Source: an uncultured bacterium (GTDB taxonomy: Bacteria > Eisenbacteria > RBG-16-71-46 > CAIMUX01 > WJJG01). Taken from it: a stretch of 64,000 nt of DNA. The notes under the pieces were generated by a model that saw nothing but the letters and a program-made list of their open reading frames with translations, ran no database searches and was not told the origin of the DNA. Position numbers and translations under genes: made by a program. The number at the start of each line of letters is the position of its first letter. Position 1 is the first letter of the stretch. The DNA lies in contig CAZDKK010000002.1 in NCBI GenBank assembly GCA_964506245.1, positions 73,982 through 137,981 on the forward strand. The letters run 5' to 3'. Shown piece by piece: positions 46,617 through 55,041 of the stretch.

Positions 46617-47675
46617 ATGAGCCCTGCGGGAACCAGAACCGGCTTGGCGGCCGCACCCGTCTTGGCCGTCCTGCTGGCGATCGCGCTCCTCGCGCCGGGA
46701 TGCGAAGGCACGCCCCCGCCCGCGGGCGGCGACCAGACCGGTCGCGCCGTGCAAACGGCACCCACCGTGACCGGTCCCGACGCGGCCGCCGTGCGCGCTT
46801 CCATCACCCGCACGATTCCCTGGCTTGCACAGACGCGCGTTCGGCCGGCGCAGGAAGGACTGGGGCGTTTCCGCTTCTACGTCATGGAGGTCCACTGCTG
46901 GTACCTTCTCTACGTCTTCACCGATGAGCCGCTGCAGAAGGAGCGGTATCGAACGGAAGTGGTCGAGCGACTGCGCCTTCTGGGCGATGGACGGCCGCTG
47001 CTCGAGCATCTCCAGCGCGTTCGCATCCCCAGCGTCATCGCCGACGTGTTGATCCTGGTGTTGATGGCGCAGCACGTCGGCGTCGAGTTGCCCGCAGTCA
47101 CGCAGGCGCTGCCGGAGCTGTACCAGCTGGGGCTCGACGAGCCCAAACGCCCGATCGGCCTGAAGATCGCGCTGACCTGGCTGGCCGGCGCCGTGGGGCT
47201 GAAACCCGTGCCCACCCTGGAGGAACTCCGCCAGGAGGCGATGGTTCGCACACAACCGCGCGAGGCCACGATGAAGGCTCGGGATGTCTACCACCTGACC
47301 CACGAGATCTTCGGACTGACCGACTACGGCCTGCGCCGGGGCGATTTCACCCCGGACGAGCAAGCCTATCTCGAGCGCAGCCTCCCATTCTGGTCGCTCT
47401 TCAACGTCATCCTCGGTCAGGCCGATGTCACCGCCGAGGTCAGCATCTGCCATCAGGTGGCGGGAACGACGAGCACCTACGGCTACGGAGAGGGCATCCG
47501 CTATCTGGTGGAGAGCCAGTCGGCGGAGGGCACCTTCGGGGAATCGAAGGTCGACTCCGATCTGCCCATCGACATCCGGCTGGGATACCTTCACACAACG
47601 ATGGTCGCCTTGCACGCGCTGCTAGGCCATGAGGCGTTGCTGGTGAAGGGCACGCTGCCCGGTCTGCCCCGGTGA
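46617..47675 (+). CDS. Hypothetical lipoprotein encoded 29 bp upstream of the SARP-type regulator (the track ORF starts at 46545)
   Basis: MSPAGTRTGLAAAPVLAVLLAIALLAPGC lipobox. No recognisable catalytic motifs. Confidence 0.55.
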   Translation: MSPAGTRTGLAAAPVLAVLLAIALLAPGCEGTPPPAGGDQTGRAVQTAPTVTGPDAAAVRASITRTIPWLAQTRVRPAQEGLGRFRFYVMEVHCWYLLYVFTDEPLQKERYRTEVVERLRLLGDGRPLLEHLQRVRIPSVIADVLILVLMAQHVGVELPAVTQALPELYQLGLDEPKRPIGLKIALTWLAGAVGLKPVPTLEELRQEAMVRTQPREATMKARDVYHLTHEIFGLTDYGLRRGDFTPDEQAYLERSLPFWSLFNVILGQADVTAEVSICHQVAGTTSTYGYGEGIRYLVESQSAEGTFGESKVDSDLPIDIRLGYLHTTMVALHALLGHEALLVKGTLPGLPR

Positions 47676-47703
47676 GGGGCCGCGCCGCATAGGACGCAGA
47701 GGA

Positions 47704-50700
47704 GTGGGGTCGGTGCCGACCCGAGTGGAAATCCGCCTGCTGGGCCCCCCGCGCGTCGTCGTCTCCGGCCAGATCGCTCCGACCCGGCGTCGCAAGGCGC
47801 TGGGCCTGGCCGCCTTCCTCGCCGCCAGCCGCGTCCCCTGCACGCGCGGGCTGCTCGCTGCCACATTCTGGCCCGACGCGGACCATGAAGGCGCGCACGC
47901 GCAGCTCCGCAACCATCTCTGGGTCCTGCGCCGGGCAGGCCTGACCCCCTGGCTCGCGCTGGAGGGGGAGATCGTCGCACTGCGCTCGGGGGAGGGCCTC
48001 TGGGTCGACGTGCGCGAGCACCGGCGCCTGCTCGAGTCGGCCGGGCTGGTGACGGGACGCGGCGGGGCGCTGCCTGCGGGCGCCGAGTCAATCCTGAGCC
48101 AGGCCGTCGCCCTCTATCAGGATCACTTCCTGGCCGGCTTTTCCTTCCCCGACAGCGTTGCCTTCGAGGAGTGGCAGCTCCGTGAGGAAGAAGCCCTGCG
48201 GACCTCCCAAGGGGCGGCCCTCGACGCCCTGATCCATCTGCGCGAGAGGCTGGGCGATCTCGAAGGGGCGCTGGCAAGCGCGCAGCAGCGCACCCAGCTC
48301 GATCCACTGAACGAGCAGGCCCTGCGCAGCGTGATGACCCTTTACCTGCGCCTCGGACGGCGCGGCGAGGCGCTGCAGGCGTACGAGCGCTTCAGCGCAC
48401 TCCTCGAGCGCGACCTGGAGATCGCCCCCTCACGCGAGACGATCCTCCTGCGCAACGAGATCGCGACCGGCGGCGCGCGGCCACTCAGGCCGGTTCCTGC
48501 CGCAAACGTACCCCCGCGATCGGTGCTGCCGGAGCCGCCGACCCCGTTTGTCGGGCGCGAAAGGGAGCTGGACGAGATCGCGCGTTGCTTCGATGCGCCG
48601 GAGCTGCGCCTGTTCACCCTCACGGGTCCGGGGGGATGTGGCAAGACACGCCTGGCCCTCGAGGCCGGGCGCAGGTTGAGCCCGCTCTTCCCCGACGGCG
48701 TGGTCTTCGCCCCGCTGGCGACGATGGCGGCGGGACACCTGCTGCCGGTCGCGCTGGCCGAGGTTCTCTCTCTGCCGCTGGCGGCACACGATCGCGTGCC
48801 CGCGCCGGGCCCGCGCGAGGGACTGATCGGCTTCCTGCGCGAGAAACGGATCCTCCTCATCCTGGACAACCTGGAGCAGATGGCGGGCGATCTCCAGTCC
48901 CTGCGCGAGATCCTGGCGGGGACGCGTGGCACGGTCGTCCTGGCCACCTCACGCACGCGGCTGCGCCTCGCGGGCGAGCAGGTCCTGGAGGTGGAGGGCC
49001 TGCCCTGGCCCGCGCGCAAGGCTTCCCCCGAGGAGGTGCAGCGCTGCGCCTCGGTCCGCCTCTTCCTGCAGACCGTCCGGCGGGTGCGGGGACCTTTCAC
49101 ACCCGCGCGCGCGGAATGGGGCGCGGCCGGTGAGATCGCCCGAAGACTGCGCGGCCATCCGCTGGGGCTCGAGCTGGCCGCCTCCTGGGCGCACACCCTG
49201 AGCGTGGTCGAGATCGCCGCGCAGCTCACCGTGAGCCTCGACCTGGAGGCAGCCCCGCGAGCCGATGTCCCGGCGCGCCATCGCAGCCTGCGGGAAGTCT
49301 TCGAGCAATCGTGGGCGCTGCTCTCCCCCGATGAACGCGCTGCCTTCCGCCGGCTCTGCTGCCTCCCGGGATCGTTCGACCGCGAGGCGGCACTGGAGAT
49401 CGGAGGTTCCACGCCGGCGATCTTCACCGCGCTGATCGAGCAGTCGTTCCTGCGTCGCACAGGCGATCGGCGCTTCGAGATCCTGGAGACGCTGCGGCAG
49501 TTCGGCCGCGAGAAGCTCGCCGCGAATCTGCGTGAGGAGTCCGCGGTCCGGGACCGCTCCGCACGCCACTACCTGAATCGACTGATCGAGGCGCGCGGCG
49601 CACTGGAGGGTGCCGGCCAGAAGAAGGCCCTGCACGAGCTGGCCCGCGATCGTCACAACCTCCGCCAGGCCTGGCTGCGGGCCTCAGAGCGCGGCTGGGT
49701 CGCGGAGATGTTGAAGGCGGTGCGGCCGCTCTTCCTCTTCTATGACATGAGCAGCCGCGTGGTGGAGGGTGCGGAGACAACCGGCCTCGTACTGCGATCC
49801 TTGCTGCGGCGGCCGCAGAGCGCTCCGGCGCGGCGGCCTGCGAGCATTCCGGCGCGGCGACTCATCGCCCTGTCTCGCATCGCGCAGGCCTGGTTCCTGC
49901 GCTTCGAGGGTCGCGGACGCGGCCGCGGGATGATGCGCCAGGGGCTGCGCGACCTGCGCACGGTGGGCACACCCGTCGAGCGCGCGTTCGGCGAAGCTCT
50001 CGCGGCGCTCGTGGACCCCTTCTCTCCCCGTGCCGAACGGGCGCTGCGGGAAGGCGGGTACCAGTGCGAACGCGCGGGGGATCTCTGGTGCGCGGGGCTG
50101 GTGTGGGAGGTGTTGGCCTGCCACCTGCTGGTGAGCGATCCAGAGGAGGGCTTCCGCGTCCTGCACCGCAGCCTGGCTCTGCGCCGGCGCTGCCGCGATC
50201 GCTGGTCGATCGCGCTCGGGCTCTACGTGGTGGGTCTGTCCCTGGAGCAACGTGGACTCCTGCGCGGAGCGCGCCGGCGCTTCGAGGAGAGTCTCGCCCT
50301 GCGTCGTCGCCTGGGGGCAGACACCGACGGGATCCTCGACTGCCTGGAGGGCATCAGCCGCATGGCGCTACGCTCGGGCGCGCTGGCGGATGCCCGGCAG
50401 CACGCGGCGGAGTCTCTGGTCTTGGCCGAGCGGCTTGGCATCCGCGCCAAGATCGCCCGGGCGCAAACGCGCCTGGCCCAGATCCACTGTCTGATGGGAG
50501 CGCCGGTCGAAGCGCGCCCCCTCCTGGATGCGGCGCTGGTCACGTCCGAGAGCCTGGGCAATGCCCCCTGGTCGGCTCATCTGCACGTGCTCGGCGGGAT
50601 CGCCGCGCTGGATCTGGGCGACGCGGGGGAGGCAGGCTGGTGCCTGGAGCGAGCCATGTCCGCCGCGGCACCCGAGACGGAGCCGGGGCCGGGAACGCAG

Positions 50701-51150
50701 CCCGGCTGGCTGAGCCGCGACACGGCGGCCTGGCGAGATCTCCTCGCGGGACGGCTGGCGCTCGCGGACGAGCACGCGTCGCCGGCCAGTGAGCCACTGG
50801 CCGGGGCACTGCGTGGTGCGCTGGCCGCTCGTCACGAGCCGCTGGTGGCGGAGACGCTCAGCGGCTGGGTGGAGCTGTATAAGTGCGCGGGACACACCGC
50901 TGCCGCTGGACGCCTCGCCACCGTGCTCCTCGCCAGCCCGGTGCTGTCCGAGCCCCGGCGGGCCCGGCTGGAGCAGCTTCTGGCGGAATCAAGTGGGGCT
51001 GCGGACGTGCCACCGGGTGCCCCCCCGAACACACCGGCGGTCCTGTTGCCAGGTGCCGTCTTGCACACGCCCGCAGCCCCATCATCGGATGCTGCCCCCC
51101 TCCTGCGCGTGGCTGCCGACTTGTTGGCGGAAGAGCAGCCGCGCATCTGA
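47704..51150 (+). CDS. AfsR/SARP-family regulator: OmpR-type winged helix + BTAD + NB-ARC (STAND) NTPase + TPR
   Basis: VEIRLLGPPRVVVSGQ... DNA-binding N-terminus. BTAD (ALYQDHFLAGF...). Walker A FTLTGPGGCGKTRLAL. Long TPR C-terminus. 1148 aa. Confidence 0.85.
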   Translation: MGSVPTRVEIRLLGPPRVVVSGQIAPTRRRKALGLAAFLAASRVPCTRGLLAATFWPDADHEGAHAQLRNHLWVLRRAGLTPWLALEGEIVALRSGEGLWVDVREHRRLLESAGLVTGRGGALPAGAESILSQAVALYQDHFLAGFSFPDSVAFEEWQLREEEALRTSQGAALDALIHLRERLGDLEGALASAQQRTQLDPLNEQALRSVMTLYLRLGRRGEALQAYERFSALLERDLEIAPSRETILLRNEIATGGARPLRPVPAANVPPRSVLPEPPTPFVGRERELDEIARCFDAPELRLFTLTGPGGCGKTRLALEAGRRLSPLFPDGVVFAPLATMAAGHLLPVALAEVLSLPLAAHDRVPAPGPREGLIGFLREKRILLILDNLEQMAGDLQSLREILAGTRGTVVLATSRTRLRLAGEQVLEVEGLPWPARKASPEEVQRCASVRLFLQTVRRVRGPFTPARAEWGAAGEIARRLRGHPLGLELAASWAHTLSVVEIAAQLTVSLDLEAAPRADVPARHRSLREVFEQSWALLSPDERAAFRRLCCLPGSFDREAALEIGGSTPAIFTALIEQSFLRRTGDRRFEILETLRQFGREKLAANLREESAVRDRSARHYLNRLIEARGALEGAGQKKALHELARDRHNLRQAWLRASERGWVAEMLKAVRPLFLFYDMSSRVVEGAETTGLVLRSLLRRPQSAPARRPASIPARRLIALSRIAQAWFLRFEGRGRGRGMMRQGLRDLRTVGTPVERAFGEALAALVDPFSPRAERALREGGYQCERAGDLWCAGLVWEVLACHLLVSDPEEGFRVLHRSLALRRRCRDRWSIALGLYVVGLSLEQRGLLRGARRRFEESLALRRRLGADTDGILDCLEGISRMALRSGALADARQHAAESLVLAERLGIRAKIARAQTRLAQIHCLMGAPVEARPLLDAALVTSESLGNAPWSAHLHVLGGIAALDLGDAGEAGWCLERAMSAAAPETEPGPGTQPGWLSRDTAAWRDLLAGRLALADEHASPASEPLAGALRGALAARHEPLVAETLSGWVELYKCAGHTAAAGRLATVLLASPVLSEPRRARLEQLLAESSGAADVPPGAPPNTPAVLLPGAVLHTPAAPSSDAAPLLRVAADLLAEEQPRI

Positions 51151-51168
51151 AGCGAGCAGCAGGCTTCC

Positions 51169-53007
51169 CTACCTGACGACGATCTTCCCCCCGCTCCGGA
51201 ATGCGCCCGCCCGCAGCTCGTAGAGATAGACCCCGGCGAGCAGGCCCTTGGTTGTCGCCGTGTGGGTGCCGATCGGATACGCCCCTTGGGCCACCGTCTT
51301 GAGCTTCCTGCCGGACACATCATAGAGGTCGAGCGCGACCTCGCATCGACTGGGAAGCGTGAAATGGAAGGCCACGTCGCCCGCCAGGGAAGGGTTGAAC
51401 ACCGTGGCGCACGATGGGATGGCCCCGGGCGTCAAGTCCACTTCGCCGATGCCGCTGGAAGTGGCCCAAGCGATGTGCAGTTCTTCCACGGTGGGACTCG
51501 CGAGCACCTCGGTCGTTGCCAGCAGCAGGCGATACTGGAAATACCGCGTGCCGTCCGCGACGTACGAGGAGAGATCATCCCCCGAAGCCACCACCGCGCT
51601 CCACGCGCCCATGTTGGCGGCGTCCCCCGAAGCACGCACTTCCACGCCGACGGATGTCTCGGGCGGCGTTGCGGAGGCCCAGCTGATGCTGCCCCAGTTG
51701 CCGACGGGATCGCCGCAGTCGAGGATCGAGGACTCGAGGGACCCACTGGCCACATACGCGCTCGATGGCTCGTACCAGAGGATGCTGTTGTCCCAGGAGA
51801 AGGAGGCCAGAACTTCCAGCGCCTGGTCACCGTCGACGTCGACCGCGAGCACGTCGTTGGGTCCAGCGGAAGTCCCGTCGACCTCGTGTCTGAGCCAGAC
51901 GCGACCCAGGGCATCGACGTTCTCGTACCACATCACCCGGTCCCCATCGCGCTCGTTGCTGATTACGTCATTGTCGGCGTCCCCATCGAGGTCTGCGACG
52001 CGGGAGCTGAAGGGAGCGGCCAGGCTCGCACCCACCGCGTGCTCCGTCCAGGTGCCCCCAGCGCCGTCGTTCTCCCACCAGGCCACGCGCCCGGCATAGG
52101 ATGCGCCGACGACATCCAGGTCGGTGTCCCCGTCCATGTCGGCCGCACGGCAGCTGAGCGCCTGCGGGAAGCTGGCGCAGATGAAATGCTTGGTCCAGGT
52201 GGCACCGGTGCCCATGTTCTCGTACCAGCAGATGTCCCCGGCGCCATAGGCGGCACCCACGATGTCGATGTCATCGTCGCCATCGATCCGCGCGGCCACG
52301 GCCCACCAGGCATAGCTGAACGCGGCGTCGACGGTGTGCTCGACCCAGGTGGTGCCGATGCCGTCCGTGTTCTCCCACCAGAGGATGTCGCCGGCGTAGA
52401 ACACGGCCCCGCACAGGTCGACATCGAGGTCGCCATCGAAATCGGCGGAGCAGACCGAGAAGGGACCGTTGACGGACGCGTCGACGACGTGTGCGATCCA
52501 CCCGCCGCCCGATCCGTCGTTCTCCCACCAAGTGATGGTGCTGCTGTCCTCCGATGTCGCGGCCACGTCGAGGTATCCGTCGCCGTTGATGTCGGCCACA
52601 TGCACGCTGGCGGCGGTGGGGAAATCAGTGGCGATCGTGTGCTCGACCCAACCCCCACCCGTTCCATCGTTCGCCCACCAGGCCACCTGATTGCCTTGAT
52701 AGGCAGCGCCCACGATGTCGGGGTCCTGGTCGCCATCGAGATCGCCGTAGTCGATGCAGGCGGGCTCGCCGAAGGTGGAGGTGACCGTGTGCGCAGTGGG
52801 CATGGCTGCAAGAAGCGTCAGGCCCCCGGGCGGACTCGCCCAGTCGATTCCCTGCGCAGATGCGAAGAGCGTGCCCCAATCCGCGACGGGTCCGGCGACG
52901 CCGCCCCCGCCCGACCAATCGGTCTGCAAGGCCTCAGCGCCGAGGGCCGGCGCTGCCAGCGCGAGGGCCAGATATGCGACGGTCCCCGTGGCGGTCACGA
53001 ATCTCAT
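51169..53007 (-). CDS. Secreted FG-GAP/VCBS-repeat (integrin-alpha-like beta-propeller) protein with C-terminal FlgD-Ig/T9SS-type sorting domain
   Basis: Start ATG 53007 with signal MRFVTATGTVAYLALALAAPALGAEA. Repeated D.DGDG..D...W.EN motifs. C-terminus ...GVYLYELRAGAFRSGGKIVVR*. Confidence 0.8.
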   Translation of the reverse strand: MRFVTATGTVAYLALALAAPALGAEALQTDWSGGGGVAGPVADWGTLFASAQGIDWASPPGGLTLLAAMPTAHTVTSTFGEPACIDYGDLDGDQDPDIVGAAYQGNQVAWWANDGTGGGWVEHTIATDFPTAASVHVADINGDGYLDVAATSEDSSTITWWENDGSGGGWIAHVVDASVNGPFSVCSADFDGDLDVDLCGAVFYAGDILWWENTDGIGTTWVEHTVDAAFSYAWWAVAARIDGDDDIDIVGAAYGAGDICWYENMGTGATWTKHFICASFPQALSCRAADMDGDTDLDVVGASYAGRVAWWENDGAGGTWTEHAVGASLAAPFSSRVADLDGDADNDVISNERDGDRVMWYENVDALGRVWLRHEVDGTSAGPNDVLAVDVDGDQALEVLASFSWDNSILWYEPSSAYVASGSLESSILDCGDPVGNWGSISWASATPPETSVGVEVRASGDAANMGAWSAVVASGDDLSSYVADGTRYFQYRLLLATTEVLASPTVEELHIAWATSSGIGEVDLTPGAIPSCATVFNPSLAGDVAFHFTLPSRCEVALDLYDVSGRKLKTVAQGAYPIGTHTATTKGLLAGVYLYELRAGAFRSGGKIVVR

Positions 53008-53072
53008 ATTCCCTGTCCTTTCGCGGCACATCGCCGTCATCCTCGGCACCCCATGCAGGCCCCCACGACCCG

Positions 53073-53128
53073 GACGCCGCCGCGGACTGCCCATCCGCAT
53101 GACGCCGCCGTGGACTGCCCATCCGCAT
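53073..53128. repeat. Tandem 28-bp direct repeat x2 (GACGCCGCCG(C/T)GGACTGCCCATCCGCAT) 65-120 nt upstream of the FG-GAP gene start
   Basis: Two consecutive 28-mers differing at one position. They lie in the otherwise non-coding 53008-53620 gap. Confidence 0.6.
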
Positions 53129-53620
53129 CGAGTATGGTCGAGGGGCGCATCAGAAACGTCTCATGAGCGTCTCACGGCCCGGAAATCGCCTGGCGGGACG
53201 CGGGGGAGCTCGGGGGCGCGGGCGTCTCGGGGGTGTGTGGGGTCTCGCGGGCGCGGGGCATTGGGTGAGTCCTTCGAGATGCTAACCCTTTCACGGACCT
53301 GCAAGCTGGACGGGCCGATGGCACTCGTGCACCAGGGCATGATCGATCTGGGAGACGCAAAGGTCTTCCAGGTCGTCGCCGGACCCGGGAAGGCCTTGGA
53401 TATCTTGAAGCGGGGGCTGATCACCGAGATGGCTCCGACAAGCCCGGCCGTGGCCAGATCCGCAGGGGTCAAGACCCGCGGTCGGGTCGGAGACACCGGT
53501 CCTGAACGTCGCAAGAGAATGGCGCAGCACATCCTTCGTGCGTCCGGCGCGTCCCGGACGCTGACGGCAACCAGGGAGGTTGTGATGCGCCAGCTTCGTC
53601 CTCGGCCGTACGAGGAGCCG

Positions 53621-54811
53621 TCACCGCCGAAAGACGGCTTTGATCTCACCCCACGTGGACAAGATCGCGGGGCTCGGTCCGCCCCCCGATGGGCAACCGA
53701 CGCCCAGTGCGCCAATCTGCCCGCATTGCGGATCGGACGCGCAGGGCGACCCCGCCTGCAGCTCGTAGCATCCGTCAAAACCGGTGCACGGGCAATCGCG
53801 GGGATCGCAGAACAGGGGATCGACGAACAGGTTGTGGCCCTGCCACTGCACTGGCCCGAAGATCCCACTGGAATCGACGTCGCAGCAGGTGAGGGTCGGG
53901 GATCCGAAGGGGGAGTCGACCCAGATCTGGTCGCCGCTTTCCGCGCAGTTGCCCCATACGATCGTGTGGTCGACCAGGGCATTGCTGCAGACGAGACCTC
54001 CACCCTCGCCGTAGGAGGCATTGCCGGAGAAGGTGCAGTAGGAGATCTCGGCGTCCCGGCAGCCCAATCCTCCGGCCCCGTAGATGGCACCATTGCAGAT
54101 GAAGGTGCAGCGCGTGAATACACCGGAGGTCACGGCAGCACCGCCTCCGAAGCCGTCGGCGCCGTTGGCGATGAACGTGCAGTCGGTGAAGGTGCCGTCT
54201 CCGTCCGCCCCGCCTCCTCCATCCCCGGCGTAATTGCGGATGAAGTCGCAGCCCTGAAAGGTGACGGCCGTGAGCATCGGCCTGCAACGAACCGCTCCGC
54301 CGAAGGCCGCCTCGTTGCCCTCGAATCGGCAGTCGATGAAGGACGGATTGCCGCGCTCGCAGTACACGGCGCCGCCGCTCTCATAGCCCGCGTTGTTCTG
54401 GAAGTGGCAGTTCACGATCGTAGGGGAAGAAGAGCCGTAGATCGCGAGCGCTGGGCCATCCACATACCCATCGTGGCCGAAGTCCCAGATGCCGATGCCT
54501 TCCAGCCTGGTGTCCGGGCCCTCGCCCTGATCGATCAGGAATCCCCACGCCTGCCCTTGGCCAGAGATGCGGCAGGCGGCAGGGTTCCCGCTCGCCGACC
54601 GGATGGTGACCGCACGACCAGGCAGGTGGATGTCATGGTTCCCCGGACCCACATAGACCCCATCGGCCATCTCGATGACGTCGCCCGAATCGGCCAGAGC
54701 GATGGCGGCCTGCAGGCCGCCGGGATACTCCGGTGTGATCGGGATGACCTCGGCTCGGGGAGTACTGGACAGCAGGAGACCCACGACAAAGCAGGACAGC
54801 AGGCGGTGCAC
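53621..54811 (-). CDS. Secreted right-handed beta-helix protein, paralog of 8895..9911, ending in STWGEIKAVFRR
   Basis: Signal MHRLLSCFVVGLLLSSTPRA. Beta-helix rungs (CxF.GN). Same C-terminal architecture ...VDPLFCDPRDC...GCPSGGGPSPAILSTWGEIKAVFRR*. Confidence 0.75.
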   Translation of the reverse strand: MHRLLSCFVVGLLLSSTPRAEVIPITPEYPGGLQAAIALADSGDVIEMADGVYVGPGNHDIHLPGRAVTIRSASGNPAACRISGQGQAWGFLIDQGEGPDTRLEGIGIWDFGHDGYVDGPALAIYGSSSPTIVNCHFQNNAGYESGGAVYCERGNPSFIDCRFEGNEAAFGGAVRCRPMLTAVTFQGCDFIRNYAGDGGGGADGDGTFTDCTFIANGADGFGGGAAVTSGVFTRCTFICNGAIYGAGGLGCRDAEISYCTFSGNASYGEGGGLVCSNALVDHTIVWGNCAESGDQIWVDSPFGSPTLTCCDVDSSGIFGPVQWQGHNLFVDPLFCDPRDCPCTGFDGCYELQAGSPCASDPQCGQIGALGVGCPSGGGPSPAILSTWGEIKAVFRR

Positions 54812-55041
54812 AGAAACCTCCTGAGCTGAGCGCGGAGCCGAACGGCAATTGCACGGGTGCGATTCATTGATAGTATAGCCGATCCTGACCGGTGCGCTCT
54901 GGAGTTCTTGTGGGCAGCGGGCCGCGCCCCGAGCCCACCCGAGGAAGCTCCAACCGCTCCTCCCAGCCCCGGGGGTTGAAAACCCCTCGGGTGCGGAACG
55001 AAGAGCCTTGGAGGTATCGGAAACTCACTCGGGCGGTCCGC

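Noticed and set aside
53161-54123. 320-aa minus-strand ORF in and beyond the 53008-53620 gap, and a plus-strand 'MIDLGDAKVFQVVAGPGKALDILKRGLITEM...' reading
   Set aside because: The minus ORF is low-complexity and partly antisense. The plus reading does not terminate until 54829 (antisense through the beta-helix gene). Neither behaves like a discrete gene.
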